Source: Candidatus Eiseniibacteriota bacterium
Lineage (GTDB): Bacteria > Eisenbacteria > RBG-16-71-46 > CAIMUX01 > VGJL01
DNA: 64,000 nucleotides
Reading direction: 5' to 3'
Assembly (NCBI GenBank): GCA_041946735.1
Contig: JBHGAY010000001.1
Span: 192,001-256,000, forward strand
A program made the position numbers and the translations under genes. The notes below the pieces were generated by a model. The model was not told where the DNA came from. It ran no database searches and was given only the letters and a program-made list of their open reading frames with translations. Positions 21,596 to 31,192 of the stretch are shown here, piece by piece (the first letter of the stretch is position 1; each line of letters begins with the position of its first letter).

Positions 21596-22171
21596 CTAGC
21601 GGAACATCGACCGGATCTGGCCCCACGAGTTGTCCTGGGTCGCGACGGCTTCGCCCGTCGTCGCCCAGATCGTGAGGTTGTTGTCCGTGAACGGAGTCGT
21701 GCACTGGCAGCTCGTCGACCAGTAGGTGTTGCCGTAGGGCGCGCTGTTGTAGTCCTCGCCCGTGACGGCCCAGAAGTCACCGATGGGGCAGAGCATGATG
21801 CAGGCATCGCCCGAGATGCTGACATCGTCGATGTCGAAGTCGTTCATCCCCTCGACCGGCTGCACCGTCGTCCGCGAAACCTCGACGCCGTTGTCGTAGA
21901 CCACGATGTCGAGCGATCCGGGAATGACGAGGAACTCGGTGTACCAGCCGACCGCAAGGATCGCGCCCGGAGCCTGGCACATGATGCCAAGCTGCTGGCC
22001 GAGTCCGAGAGTCCAACCTTGGCCAGGAGCGGTGTCGGTGTAGCCGTACTGGCAGGTGCCGTCACGCGGGCCCGACTCGAACTGCCCCGGGGGACCGTAC
22101 GACATCAGCGGCTCGGCGACCGCGGAGCTGGCCAGCAACGCGAGAACGGACAGAGTAACAAGGAGCTTCAT
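21596..22171 (-). CDS. Secreted Cys-containing hypothetical protein with SWGQIRSMFR tail
   Basis: Signal peptide MKLLVTLSVLALLASSAVA, six Cys, SD GGAGG. Confidence 0.8.
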   Translation of the reverse strand: MKLLVTLSVLALLASSAVAEPLMSYGPPGQFESGPRDGTCQYGYTDTAPGQGWTLGLGQQLGIMCQAPGAILAVGWYTEFLVIPGSLDIVVYDNGVEVSRTTVQPVEGMNDFDIDDVSISGDACIMLCPIGDFWAVTGEDYNSAPYGNTYWSTSCQCTTPFTDNNLTIWATTGEAVATQDNSWGQIRSMFR

Positions 22172-22240
22172 GGGACCTCCCTTCCGAGTGATCGGGAATC
22201 GGCCGTTGACAGACCGAAACGGTCGCAATCGGACGAGGAG

Positions 22241-22270
22241 AGAATACGTCGAGATCGGGAGATGCGTCAA
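22241..22270 (-). promoter_or_regulatory. Sigma70-type promoter
   Basis: TTGACG-N18-TATTCT on the minus strand, 70 nt upstream of ATG 22171. Confidence 0.55.
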
Positions 22271-22509
22271 GGAATAGTGAAGATGAACTGATGATCGGCA
22301 GAAGAAAATGTTTTCGGCAATCTCGGATCGAGTTGCACGCCGGCCAGGCAATTCCGGCGCTGCGGTCGCGGTCGATGGCGGAGCGCCTTCGACTGCCATT
22401 CGCGCGTCCGGTCATTCCGACAGGGGGCACTAGCCAATTGATCCAGCGAGCCTTGGACGTATCTCGCTTCGTGCGTCGCGCGAGTGCGCGCGTTGCCTGC
22501 GCTCGATCC

Positions 22510-23403
22510 TCAACCGGACATCACGAGCGCGACGCCGAGAACGGCGAGAATGGTTCCGATCCAACCGGCGGGCTTCATCGTCTCGCCGAGGAAGACCGCG
22601 GAGAGCGGGGCAACGAAGAGCGGAGACGTACCGGTCAGTGCCGCCGTGATCGCGGGATCCGCGTAGCGGACGGCGACCTGGAAGAGGAAGAAGCCGACGA
22701 ACGATCCGAGGAGAGCGGCAGGGAGGATCCTTCGGAGCGAGGGAGGTCGGATGGCGTGCGAGACCGTCGCCGCGAGCCGCCCGCGCAAGAGAGAGAACAG
22801 CAGCACGCCGAGCACTCCGGCGAAGATCCGGATCGTGCTCGCCTGCAGGACGTCCGCTTCCTCCAGACCCAGCTTGGTGAGAACGATGCCAAGCGCCTGG
22901 CAGAAGGCCGCGAGCAGTGCGAACGCGAGCCCCGAGATCACCTTTCCTCGGACGATCGTCCCGTGCGGGCGCTCGCGGAGGACGAGCGCAAGCCCCGCGA
23001 CCACGAAAGCGACGCCGACCGCCGCGAGGCGACCGGGAAGCGGCTGGCCGAACGCCGCCGAGAGAGCGGCGGCGAAGAGCGGCGTCAGGGTCTGGATCAG
23101 CATCGTCCGCGTCGCGCCGATCCGCCCCAGGGCCGCGAAGTAGGCGCTGTCGCCGAGCGACATGCCCGCGACACCGCTCACGAACAGAATCGCGAAGGAG
23201 CCGGCTCCGACGCCGGCGAGAGCGGGACGCGGGCCAAAGAGGAGCAGCACGAGAAGGAAGAGCGGGAAGCAGAGCGCCGTCTTGAAGAGGTTCATCGCTT
23301 GCGGCCAGGAGACGGCCATCTGCCGGGTCCAGAGGATGCTCGTTCCCGCCCACAGCGCCGCCGCCGCGAGCGCGGCCGTCTCACCGATCGGCAGATGCCC
23401 CAC
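22510..23403 (-). CDS. DMT/EamA family transporter
   Basis: About 10 TM helices in two EamA-like repeats; SPLF..PLS.VFLGE. Confidence 0.88.
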   Translation of the reverse strand: MGHLPIGETAALAAAALWAGTSILWTRQMAVSWPQAMNLFKTALCFPLFLLVLLLFGPRPALAGVGAGSFAILFVSGVAGMSLGDSAYFAALGRIGATRTMLIQTLTPLFAAALSAAFGQPLPGRLAAVGVAFVVAGLALVLRERPHGTIVRGKVISGLAFALLAAFCQALGIVLTKLGLEEADVLQASTIRIFAGVLGVLLFSLLRGRLAATVSHAIRPPSLRRILPAALLGSFVGFFLFQVAVRYADPAITAALTGTSPLFVAPLSAVFLGETMKPAGWIGTILAVLGVALVMSG

Positions 23404-23421
23404 GATCCGGCCGGGCTTCCG

Positions 23422-24330
23422 TCAGGCTCGATAGCCGAGGCGGCGCAGGGCCGTTTCGTCCCGCCGCCACTTCGGGACAACCTTCACGCGAAGCTCGAGG
23501 AAGACCGGGCGCCCGAGGAAAGCCTCGATCTCCTCGCGAGCCGCCTCGCCGAGAGCCCGGATCGCCGCTCCCTTGCGGCCGATCAGGATCGCCTTCTGCG
23601 ACTCCTGCTCGACGAAGAGCGTCGAGGCGATGTAGTCCTTCGCCCCCTCCCCTCGCTCCCGGAAGTCGTCGATCTCCACCTCGACCGAGTACGGAATCTC
23701 CTCGTAGAACCGCAAGAACACCTGCTCGCGGATCATCTCCGCCACGAAGAAACGCTCCGGCTGGTCGGTGACCTGATCCGGAGGGTAGAGCGGCGGGCCT
23801 TCGGGCAGGCTTCGCGCGAGAACACGCACGAGATCGTCGATGCCATCCCCTTCGAGAGCCGAGATCGGGACGACGTCGGCGAAGAGCCCGCGCGCCGCGA
23901 TCGCATCGAGCACCGGCAGCATCGCCTGCTTCGGCTTGTAGAGATCCACCTTGTTGAGAGCGGCGATGCGAGGCCCGCGGAACTCCTCGATCGCAGGCGG
24001 GATCGGGAGCCGGTCGGGGCGCGCCTTCTCCGCGTCGAGCAGCACGCACGCGACGTTCGCGTCCCCGAGCGCTTCCTGGACGGTCCGCATCATGGCGCGC
24101 TGGAGCGGGTAGCGCGGGTCCAGCATTCCCGGCGTGTCGAGCAGGATCATCTGGAAGCTCTCGCCGCCGACGATCCCCAGCGTCCGGCGCCGCGTGGTCT
24201 GGGGCTTCGGGCTCACGATCGCGAGCTTCTGATGGAGCATCGCGTTCATGAGGGTCGACTTGCCGGCGTTCGGCTCGCCGACGAGCGCGACGTACCCGCT
24301 GCGGTACGATCCGTCCCCGGGCTCGTCCAT
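23422..24330 (-). CDS. era: GTPase Era
   Basis: GEPNAGKST, KPQTTR, DTPG, NKVD, EEIPYS and the KH-domain motif ILIGRKG. Confidence 0.96.
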   Translation of the reverse strand: MDEPGDGSYRSGYVALVGEPNAGKSTLMNAMLHQKLAIVSPKPQTTRRRTLGIVGGESFQMILLDTPGMLDPRYPLQRAMMRTVQEALGDANVACVLLDAEKARPDRLPIPPAIEEFRGPRIAALNKVDLYKPKQAMLPVLDAIAARGLFADVVPISALEGDGIDDLVRVLARSLPEGPPLYPPDQVTDQPERFFVAEMIREQVFLRFYEEIPYSVEVEIDDFRERGEGAKDYIASTLFVEQESQKAILIGRKGAAIRALGEAAREEIEAFLGRPVFLELRVKVVPKWRRDETALRRLGYRA

Positions 24331-24422
24331 CGAGGCGTCTCCTCCCTTCGGTCCAGGGAAGAGTAGCGGAGGGGACGCCGGAACGACAGGGAGCTGCCGC
24401 GCGCGCCGCCTGACCGGGCGCC

Positions 24423-26477
24423 TCACTCGCGCAGGAGAACCATCCGGGCCGCGGACCGCTCCCCGCCCGCCTCGAGCCTCGCATGGTAGACGCCGCACGG
24501 CAGCTCCCGGCCGCCGGAGTCCCGGCCGTCCCAGTCGACGGCGTGCCAGCCGGCTTCGAGCAGCCCGTCGGCGAGCGTGCGCACGCAGCGTCCCGCCGGA
24601 TCGTAGATCCGCAGGATGGTGACCGCCGCCCGCGGGAGCGCGAAGCGCAACGACGTTCCGCCCGCGAAGGGGTTCGGACGGCCGGGGGCGAGAAGCAGAG
24701 CCGCCGCGGCGCCGCCGCCGGACTCCGGGGCTCCGCTCACGTCCTGCACGATATGGATCAGCCAGCCGTCCGGATCGAGCGCGACCGACGTGGGAAGATT
24801 CGCGACATGCAGCTCGAACGACTGCGTCTCGAGCGAGTCCCACACGACGAACCGCTCCTCGCCGGCCTGGGTCGTCACCGCGACGTCGATCGGCATCCGG
24901 AAGATCGGACCGACCGTCTGCACCTGCTCGAGCTGCAGCGTCACCTTGTAGCCCCCGCCGTCGGGCACGCTTCCCCAGGCCAACTCGTACTCGGGGCATC
25001 CGGGCTGGTAGATCCACTCATCGAAGAACCAGGCGAGATCGATGCCCGACGTCGCCTCGAACGCCGCGCGGAGGTCTTCCGTCGTCGAGACGCCGTAGCG
25101 CAGGTCGGGGTCGCTGACGTACTCCGTAATGCCCGAGAAGAAGGCATCCTCGCCGATCACGTGACGCAGCATGTGGAGAACCCAAGCGCCCTTGTAATAG
25201 ATGGCCGCGTCCAGAGGCGGGTAGATGTTGTAGAGGCGGCGGCCGGCGTAGTCGAGCGGGTGCATCTGATCCATATAGTCGTGATAGTACGACTCGCCGT
25301 ACTTGTCCTCGAAGTACAGCGCCTCGCAGAGCGTGCCGAATCCCTCCTTCGTCCACGCGTGGCTCCACGTCCGCATCGTGATCATGTCGCCCACCCAGGA
25401 ATGGGAGAGCTCGTGCGCCACGACGAAGTCGTTCGAGTTGTCGCCGGTGATCCAGACCCACCCCATGCTCGTCGCGGTCTGATGCTCCATCGCGCCGGGA
25501 TGCTGGAACTCCGCGATCGCGTACTTTTCGGTTAGGAAGGGGTACTCGCCGAAGAGGGTGGCGTAGTACTCCATCATCTCGATGTTGCGCCCCCAGCTCG
25601 CCTGGGCGTCGGCGAGGTCCTCCGGATACGCGTAGTAGTCCACGTCCATCGTGGTGACGCCGTCGAGAGCGGTGTACGTCTCTGTCCAGGAGTCGAAGTT
25701 CGTCGTGGCGATCGAGAAGAGGTAGGGAGACATCGGGTAGTCGTGCGTCCAGTTGCAGGTCGTGGTCCCGTCGTGATTGTCGACGACCGACTCGAGCGTC
25801 CCGTTCGAGACGGTGAACAGGTCGCTGGGCGCCCGGACGTGGACCGAGAAGCTCGCCTTGTCCTTCGGGTCATCCTTGCAGATCCACCAGGCGGGCGCGC
25901 CGTACGGCTCGGAATAGCTCAAGACCATCGGGATCGAGGCGCCGTGCGTCATCCAGCGAAACGGAACCCCGGTGTAGCTCGGCGTGCCGTGGTAGGTGGA
26001 GCGTACGGTGAACGGCTGGCCGGGCTGCAGGATCGTTCCGAGATTCACCCGGATCGTGTTGCCGAGGTCTGTGAAGATCGCGGGAGCGCCGTTGACCGTC
26101 ACTCCGTCGACGAGCATCGGCGAGTAGAGGTCCAGGACGATCTGCGAGAGGTTCGCGACCTGGGCGAGCGCCTCCATCTCGACGACGCCGTAGATCGTGC
26201 GGTTCGGGATGTCCAGTCGCAGGTCGACGTCGTAATGCGTGACGCCGTACTCGTCGTGCACCTCGCGCAACCCTTCCGCTTCGCCCGCGAGCAGCCCGGC
26301 GGTGTGAGCGTCGAGAAAAGCCTGGCGCGTTTCGGCCGACGGGATCGGAGGCGGCTCGCCGGCCGTCGAGCGAAGCAGGTCGGCGGCGAGGAGCATGCCC
26401 GGGAGGAGGATCGCGGGGATCGCGGGGATCGCGACGGCGAGCAGGACCCGGACGACCAGGCTGGCGTGGCGGTTCAT
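24423..26477 (-). CDS. Secreted M1 aminopeptidase with FlgD-Ig-like tail
   Basis: GAMEH, HELSH-x18-E, YYKGAWVLHMLR, and a PNPF..WDGRDSGG..GVY tail. Confidence 0.92.
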   Translation of the reverse strand: MNRHASLVVRVLLAVAIPAIPAILLPGMLLAADLLRSTAGEPPPIPSAETRQAFLDAHTAGLLAGEAEGLREVHDEYGVTHYDVDLRLDIPNRTIYGVVEMEALAQVANLSQIVLDLYSPMLVDGVTVNGAPAIFTDLGNTIRVNLGTILQPGQPFTVRSTYHGTPSYTGVPFRWMTHGASIPMVLSYSEPYGAPAWWICKDDPKDKASFSVHVRAPSDLFTVSNGTLESVVDNHDGTTTCNWTHDYPMSPYLFSIATTNFDSWTETYTALDGVTTMDVDYYAYPEDLADAQASWGRNIEMMEYYATLFGEYPFLTEKYAIAEFQHPGAMEHQTATSMGWVWITGDNSNDFVVAHELSHSWVGDMITMRTWSHAWTKEGFGTLCEALYFEDKYGESYYHDYMDQMHPLDYAGRRLYNIYPPLDAAIYYKGAWVLHMLRHVIGEDAFFSGITEYVSDPDLRYGVSTTEDLRAAFEATSGIDLAWFFDEWIYQPGCPEYELAWGSVPDGGGYKVTLQLEQVQTVGPIFRMPIDVAVTTQAGEERFVVWDSLETQSFELHVANLPTSVALDPDGWLIHIVQDVSGAPESGGGAAAALLLAPGRPNPFAGGTSLRFALPRAAVTILRIYDPAGRCVRTLADGLLEAGWHAVDWDGRDSGGRELPCGVYHARLEAGGERSAARMVLLRE

Positions 26478-26554
26478 CGTTGCGCTCCTTGACCGAAGGA
26501 TGGAGAAGGCGGCGCGGGCCCCCCTTGGGCGGCGCCATCGAACCGGCGCGAGGA

Positions 26555-26563
26555 AGTATAGCA
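26555..26563 (-). promoter_or_regulatory. Extended -10 promoter
   Basis: TGcTATACT on the minus strand, about 78 nt upstream of the M1 peptidase ATG. Confidence 0.45.
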
Positions 26564-26647
26564 CGGCGGCGGCGGAAAGCGAGGAGCCGGCGACCCGCGG
26601 AGCGGGCGCCGGCCCTCGATCGCCTTTCAGACTGCCGGCAAACGGCC

Positions 26648-28177
26648 TCAGTCGAGCTTGCCGATCGCCTTTTCGACCGCCTCGAGGATCTCCCCCGACT
26701 CGACGACCGCCGCGAGACGGTTGATGTCGGCGTGGAGAGGCCTGTCCTCCTCGAGGAACGCGACGTGCTTGCGAATCACCTCGTAAGCCGCCTCGGTCCC
26801 CTTCCCCGCCTTCAGCGGGCGGCGGAAGTCCATCGCCTGCGCCCCCGCCATCATCTCGATCGCGAGAACCGCCTGCGCGTTCTTCAGGATCTGCTTCGCC
26901 TTCAGGGCGGTCGTCATCCCCATCGAGACGAAGTCCTCCTGATCGGCGGCGGCCGGGATCGAGCCGGTTGCGGCGGGAGCCGAAAGGATGCGCGCCTCGC
27001 AGCACAGCGCACCCGCCGTGTACTGCGCGAGCATCATCCCGCTGAACATTCCCGCTCCCTTGGTCAGGAAGGCCGGCAGGCCGCAGCTCAGGTTCCGGTT
27101 GAGGAGCCGGTTCAGGCGCCGCTCGGAGAGGACCGAAACGGTGGTGATCGCCGTGCCGAGCATTTCGAGGCCGAACGCCATCGGGGTTCCCTGGAAGTTC
27201 GCGCCGGTCAGGTAGGTGCCGCCATCGTCGTCCGGGAAGAAGATCGGGTTGTCGCCGACGCCGTTCAGCTCGATCTCGATCTGCGAGCGGGTGTACTTCA
27301 GCGCGTCCCGCGCTGCGCCGGCGACCTGGGGAGTGGAGCGGAGCGAGTAGGCGTCCTGCACCTTCTTCCCCTTCTGCTGCAGCATCTCGCTCCCGGCGGT
27401 GATCCGGCGGACGTTCCCCGCTTGCACCTGGGCGCCCGGGAAGCCACGCACGCGATGAATCCGCTCGTCGTAGGCGGCCATGTTGGCGTTGACCACCTCG
27501 AGCGTCATGGCGACCGCGATGTCCTGCTGGCGGAGCCATTGCTCGGCGTCGCACACCTGCAGAGCTCCCATCCCGCTGATGCAGTTCGAGCCGTTGATCG
27601 AGGCGAGTCCGTCTCGCGCTTCGAACTGGACGATCGGGATTCCGGCGCGCTCCATCGCCTGCCGCGCCGGCATCCGCTCCCCCTCGAAGAACGCCTCTCC
27701 CTCTCCGATCAGGACGAGGGCGAACTGAGACATCGGCGAGAGGTCGCCGCACGCGCCGACCGATCCCTTTTCGCACATGACCGGCGTCACGCCCCGGTTC
27801 AGCATCTCGACCATCGTCTTCACCAGCACCGGGCGGATGCCGCTGTGGCCTTGGCTGAGGACCGAGATCCGGGACAGGACGGCGGAACGGGCGTCGGGAA
27901 CCGGAAGCGGATCGCCATAGCCGGCCGCGTGGCTGTAGACAAGGAAGCGCTGGAACCGCTCGGTCTGGTCCGGATCGAGGATCGTCTCGGACAGCTCGCC
28001 GATCCCGGTCGTGATGCCGTACATCACGGCGCGCTCGCGAACCTTCCTCTCGACGAAATCTCGACAGTGCTGAATGCGCCCGAGCGCCGCGGCCGAAAGC
28101 TCGACCGGCTCCTTCCGGCGCGCGACTTGGTAGACGTCCTCGCAGGTCAGTCTCTTCTCGCCGATCGTGATGCTCAT
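26648..28177 (-). CDS. hutH: Histidine ammonia-lyase (MIO-dependent aromatic amino acid lyase)
   Basis: MYGITTGIG, LVYSHAAG (HAL-type SH), GSVGACGDL, VQDAYSLR, DNP and QEDFVSMG. Confidence 0.82.
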   Translation of the reverse strand: MSITIGEKRLTCEDVYQVARRKEPVELSAAALGRIQHCRDFVERKVRERAVMYGITTGIGELSETILDPDQTERFQRFLVYSHAAGYGDPLPVPDARSAVLSRISVLSQGHSGIRPVLVKTMVEMLNRGVTPVMCEKGSVGACGDLSPMSQFALVLIGEGEAFFEGERMPARQAMERAGIPIVQFEARDGLASINGSNCISGMGALQVCDAEQWLRQQDIAVAMTLEVVNANMAAYDERIHRVRGFPGAQVQAGNVRRITAGSEMLQQKGKKVQDAYSLRSTPQVAGAARDALKYTRSQIEIELNGVGDNPIFFPDDDGGTYLTGANFQGTPMAFGLEMLGTAITTVSVLSERRLNRLLNRNLSCGLPAFLTKGAGMFSGMMLAQYTAGALCCEARILSAPAATGSIPAAADQEDFVSMGMTTALKAKQILKNAQAVLAIEMMAGAQAMDFRRPLKAGKGTEAAYEVIRKHVAFLEEDRPLHADINRLAAVVESGEILEAVEKAIGKLD

Positions 28178-28319
28178 GGGAATGCCTCCCCCCCTCTCCC
28201 GCCACCCCGGTGGGAATCCTGGCGGCGACAGCGGCCCCAGGTTCGACAGGGGCGAGAATAGCCCGGCGGCCCCGAGCGGGTCAAACGCCGAGCATCGGCC
28301 CCGAGGTGACCCGAACCGA

Positions 28320-28694
28320 TCAGTCCTCCTGCCCCCAGTCCTCCGTGGCCAGCTTCTCGAGCGACTTGTCGACCGTCGTCGAGAGCGAGAGGATGCTGCC
28401 GCTGATGTCGGAGATCTCGTCGGAGATCGCGCGAACCTTCTGAGAGGACTTCTGAACCTCCTGCGCGACAACGTCGAACCCGGCCCCCTCGTGCCCGATC
28501 CTCGCCGCCTCGACCCGCGCGTTGATTCCGACCACGTGCAGGGCGTTGGTGATGGAGTAAATGTCGCGCACCTGCTGGCTGATGCGTGCGGCGCTCTCCG
28601 CGATCCCGGTCCGGATCCGCCGGATGTCCTCGATCACGTTCTCATTCGTCAGCCGATTGAGATCGAAGACGACGCGGAACAGAAATCGTGCCAT
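28320..28694 (-). CDS. Small soluble protein with a methyl-accepting chemotaxis signalling hairpin
   Basis: INARVEAARIGHEGAGFDVVAQEVQK matches the MCP tip consensus. Start uncertain. Confidence 0.75.
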   Translation of the reverse strand: MARFLFRVVFDLNRLTNENVIEDIRRIRTGIAESAARISQQVRDIYSITNALHVVGINARVEAARIGHEGAGFDVVAQEVQKSSQKVRAISDEISDISGSILSLSTTVDKSLEKLATEDWGQED

Positions 28695-28754
28695 GTCGTG
28701 CTCGATGACGCTTGCGCTTCCCCCCGCCGGCTCTCGGCATCCCGGCGTCCCCCC

Positions 28755-30920
28755 TCAGCTCTCCTTCACCGGTTTCGCCGTGAAGACGCCGTTGGGCTGA
28801 TAGATCCGAACCTCCTGCACCACGTCACCCGGTCCCATCTGGAAGCTCACGCTGAAGCCATTCGCCCCTTTCAGACGGAACTCCGTTCCCCGGTCCGGTA
28901 GGAGATCGTACGGGGGCTGCCCGGGCACCACGAGCACGAGGCTGCTGCCCTTCTGCTCGACCCGCAAGGTCTGGTCGAGCAGGTCGTAGCTTCCGGCGAG
29001 CTTCGCCAGGAACGCCGGATCGGACAGCCGGGCATCCGGTTTGCGCGTGAAGACGATGTCGGCGACCATCGGCTCGATCGCAACCTTCAGCCCGTCGATG
29101 TTGCCTCTCATGTCCATCGTGAACTGCACTTTCGTGTCCTCGAAGGTCGGGTCCGGCGCGTCGTTCGCGCAGTTGAAGACATCGTAGTGCCAGTGTTCGA
29201 GCGGATCGGTGATGTGATTGAAGGTCACCGCGAGGGACTTCCCCACCATCTCGACCTTCGCAATTCCGTAGCCCGGATGCTCGTACTCCCCGACGTAGTC
29301 GGCGAGCGGGTGGGACGGCTTCGTCCCCTTCACGCGCGTGATGTCCGCCTTCTGCTTCGCCTCCTCGAGCGCCACCTCCCCTTGGGTCTTCTTCGTGAGC
29401 GCCTCGGCGATCCAATCCTTCCCCTCGATTCCGAAGATCCTGTCGAGCGCAACCTTCTCGAGAAGGTAGGGAAGGCCGGTACCGTTCTTGTTCGTGAGGA
29501 TCACGAAGCCGACGTCGTCCTGCGGCAGGAAGGTGACGAGCGCGCTGAAGCCGTCGATGTTCCCGCCATGCTCGAGGCGGTAGTGCCCTCGGTACGGCTG
29601 CACGAACCACCCCATGGCGTAGGAGGTCGCCGGCGTTTCGGGAGACTCCGGATTCGGCGGGGAGGCGATGACCATCTGCGGGGTGTGGATGTCCGCCAAT
29701 GTCGCTTCCTGGATCAGCGTCTTGCCCGCGTACTTCCCGCCGGAGAGCTGAACGAGCACCCACCGCGCCATCTCCTCGACGTTGGAGTTGATCGACCCGG
29801 CCGGGCCCATGTTCGTGATCACGCGGAACGGGATCCGCTCGATGACGCCGTCGTCCTCCTTGTACCCGAGCGCGTAGTCCGCCGCTTTCTGGGACTCCTC
29901 GACCGAGAAGTTCGATGCGGTCCATCCGAGCGGCTCGAAGATGCGCTCGCGGACCGACTCCTCCCAGCTCTTCCCGGTCAGGACCTCGGCCAGGTAGCCG
30001 GCGGTAAGGAACGCGAGGTTGTTGTACTGCCAGGTTTCGCGCAGGCCTTTGTTCGGCTCGAGATAGGCGAGGCGCGAGACGATCTCCTTTCGCGACAGCT
30101 CCGTGTTGTTGTACCAGACGAGATCGTGACGCGGCAGCCCGGAGCGATGCGTGACGAGGTCGCGCGGCGTGATCCGGAGCTGCGCCTGCTCGTCCTTCAG
30201 CCGGAAGTCGGGAAGGTAGCGGATCACCGGCTGGTCCCACTCGAGCCTCCCCTCGTCCACGAGGGTGCCGAGCGTGAAGACGGTGAACGCCTTCGTCGAC
30301 GACCCGATCGCGAAGAGCGTCTTCTCGGTGACCGGGAGCTTCTGGTCGATGTCGCGATACCCGTATCCCTTCGAGAGGACGGTTTCGCCCCCCGCGATGA
30401 CCGCGATCGCCACGCCGGGAACCTTCAGATCGGCCAACGCCTTCTCGACGATCGCGTCGAACCCCTCGAGGGCCGCCCGGGCCTTCGCGGCCGGGCTGTC
30501 ACCGCTCGCCAGGCGGAACGGAAACGTCTGTCCCGCCTGCGTGAAGTCGCCCGTGATCGTCCCCGCCGCGGCATCCCAGATTCCCTGGAACGCCGGCTCT
30601 CCCGGGATGCCGGCGATGGCGAAGCGGACGGCTGGCCCCTCGATCGAGACACCCTGAAGCGGCAGATCCTTCACCCCTTGCGCGGGGATCGAAATGTCTC
30701 CCGCCCAGGCGCCGGGTGCGCCGGTGAGATCGACGTCGATCTCGAGCTTCATCCCGGGGATCTCGATCGCTCCCGCCCAATGGCCGGCCGGCGCTGCAGC
30801 ATCGGCCCGCCCGGTGGACGGAAAGAGCAGGACCGCGGCGAGCACGGCCGCGAAGCCGGCGAGGAAGAGAAGGAAGGGCCGGATGCGGCGGGCGGCACCC
30901 GGGTTGCGTGGCGTAGCCAT
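28755..30920 (-). CDS. Exported serine hydrolase (beta-lactamase/PBP fold) with DUF3471-like C-terminal domains
   Basis: SSTK (SxxK), YNN (YxN), HGG and [11 protein letters not shown]. Signal peptide; SD AAGGAG. Confidence 0.9.
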   Translation of the reverse strand: MATPRNPGAARRIRPFLLFLAGFAAVLAAVLLFPSTGRADAAAPAGHWAGAIEIPGMKLEIDVDLTGAPGAWAGDISIPAQGVKDLPLQGVSIEGPAVRFAIAGIPGEPAFQGIWDAAAGTITGDFTQAGQTFPFRLASGDSPAAKARAALEGFDAIVEKALADLKVPGVAIAVIAGGETVLSKGYGYRDIDQKLPVTEKTLFAIGSSTKAFTVFTLGTLVDEGRLEWDQPVIRYLPDFRLKDEQAQLRITPRDLVTHRSGLPRHDLVWYNNTELSRKEIVSRLAYLEPNKGLRETWQYNNLAFLTAGYLAEVLTGKSWEESVRERIFEPLGWTASNFSVEESQKAADYALGYKEDDGVIERIPFRVITNMGPAGSINSNVEEMARWVLVQLSGGKYAGKTLIQEATLADIHTPQMVIASPPNPESPETPATSYAMGWFVQPYRGHYRLEHGGNIDGFSALVTFLPQDDVGFVILTNKNGTGLPYLLEKVALDRIFGIEGKDWIAEALTKKTQGEVALEEAKQKADITRVKGTKPSHPLADYVGEYEHPGYGIAKVEMVGKSLAVTFNHITDPLEHWHYDVFNCANDAPDPTFEDTKVQFTMDMRGNIDGLKVAIEPMVADIVFTRKPDARLSDPAFLAKLAGSYDLLDQTLRVEQKGSSLVLVVPGQPPYDLLPDRGTEFRLKGANGFSVSFQMGPGDVVQEVRIYQPNGVFTAKPVKES

Positions 30921-31192
30921 CTTGCACTCCTTGCTTGGGTCGTTCGTTCCGCGAGGCCGGTTACCGAGCAACAAGAGAAGACGATCCGGCCGTGCGGGTC
31001 AACGAGGATCTCGAGCGCCGGTCGCGAGTGGACCCCAGGAGCAGGTCGGATCCGGAGTGCGGATGTCGTAGCCGGATGTTCGGCGCAGGTGTCTGCCGAT
31101 GTCGGCCGCAAGGCCGGCGCGGGTTTCCCGGCCTCGCCTGTCGGGCGTCGAAATCTCTGGTTCCGGGACGGCGGATCGTCCACCATCGCGGA

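Noticed and set aside
24423..28205. 1260-aa ORF as a hutH-peptidase fusion
   Set aside because: The upstream part is an Arg/Pro-rich off-frame reading of hutH. The peptidase has its own signal peptide, SD and promoter at 26477.
28755..30920. Beta-lactam resistance gene
   Set aside because: The SxxK fold with extra N- and C-terminal domains fits general serine hydrolases or peptidases. Resistance cannot be inferred from this.
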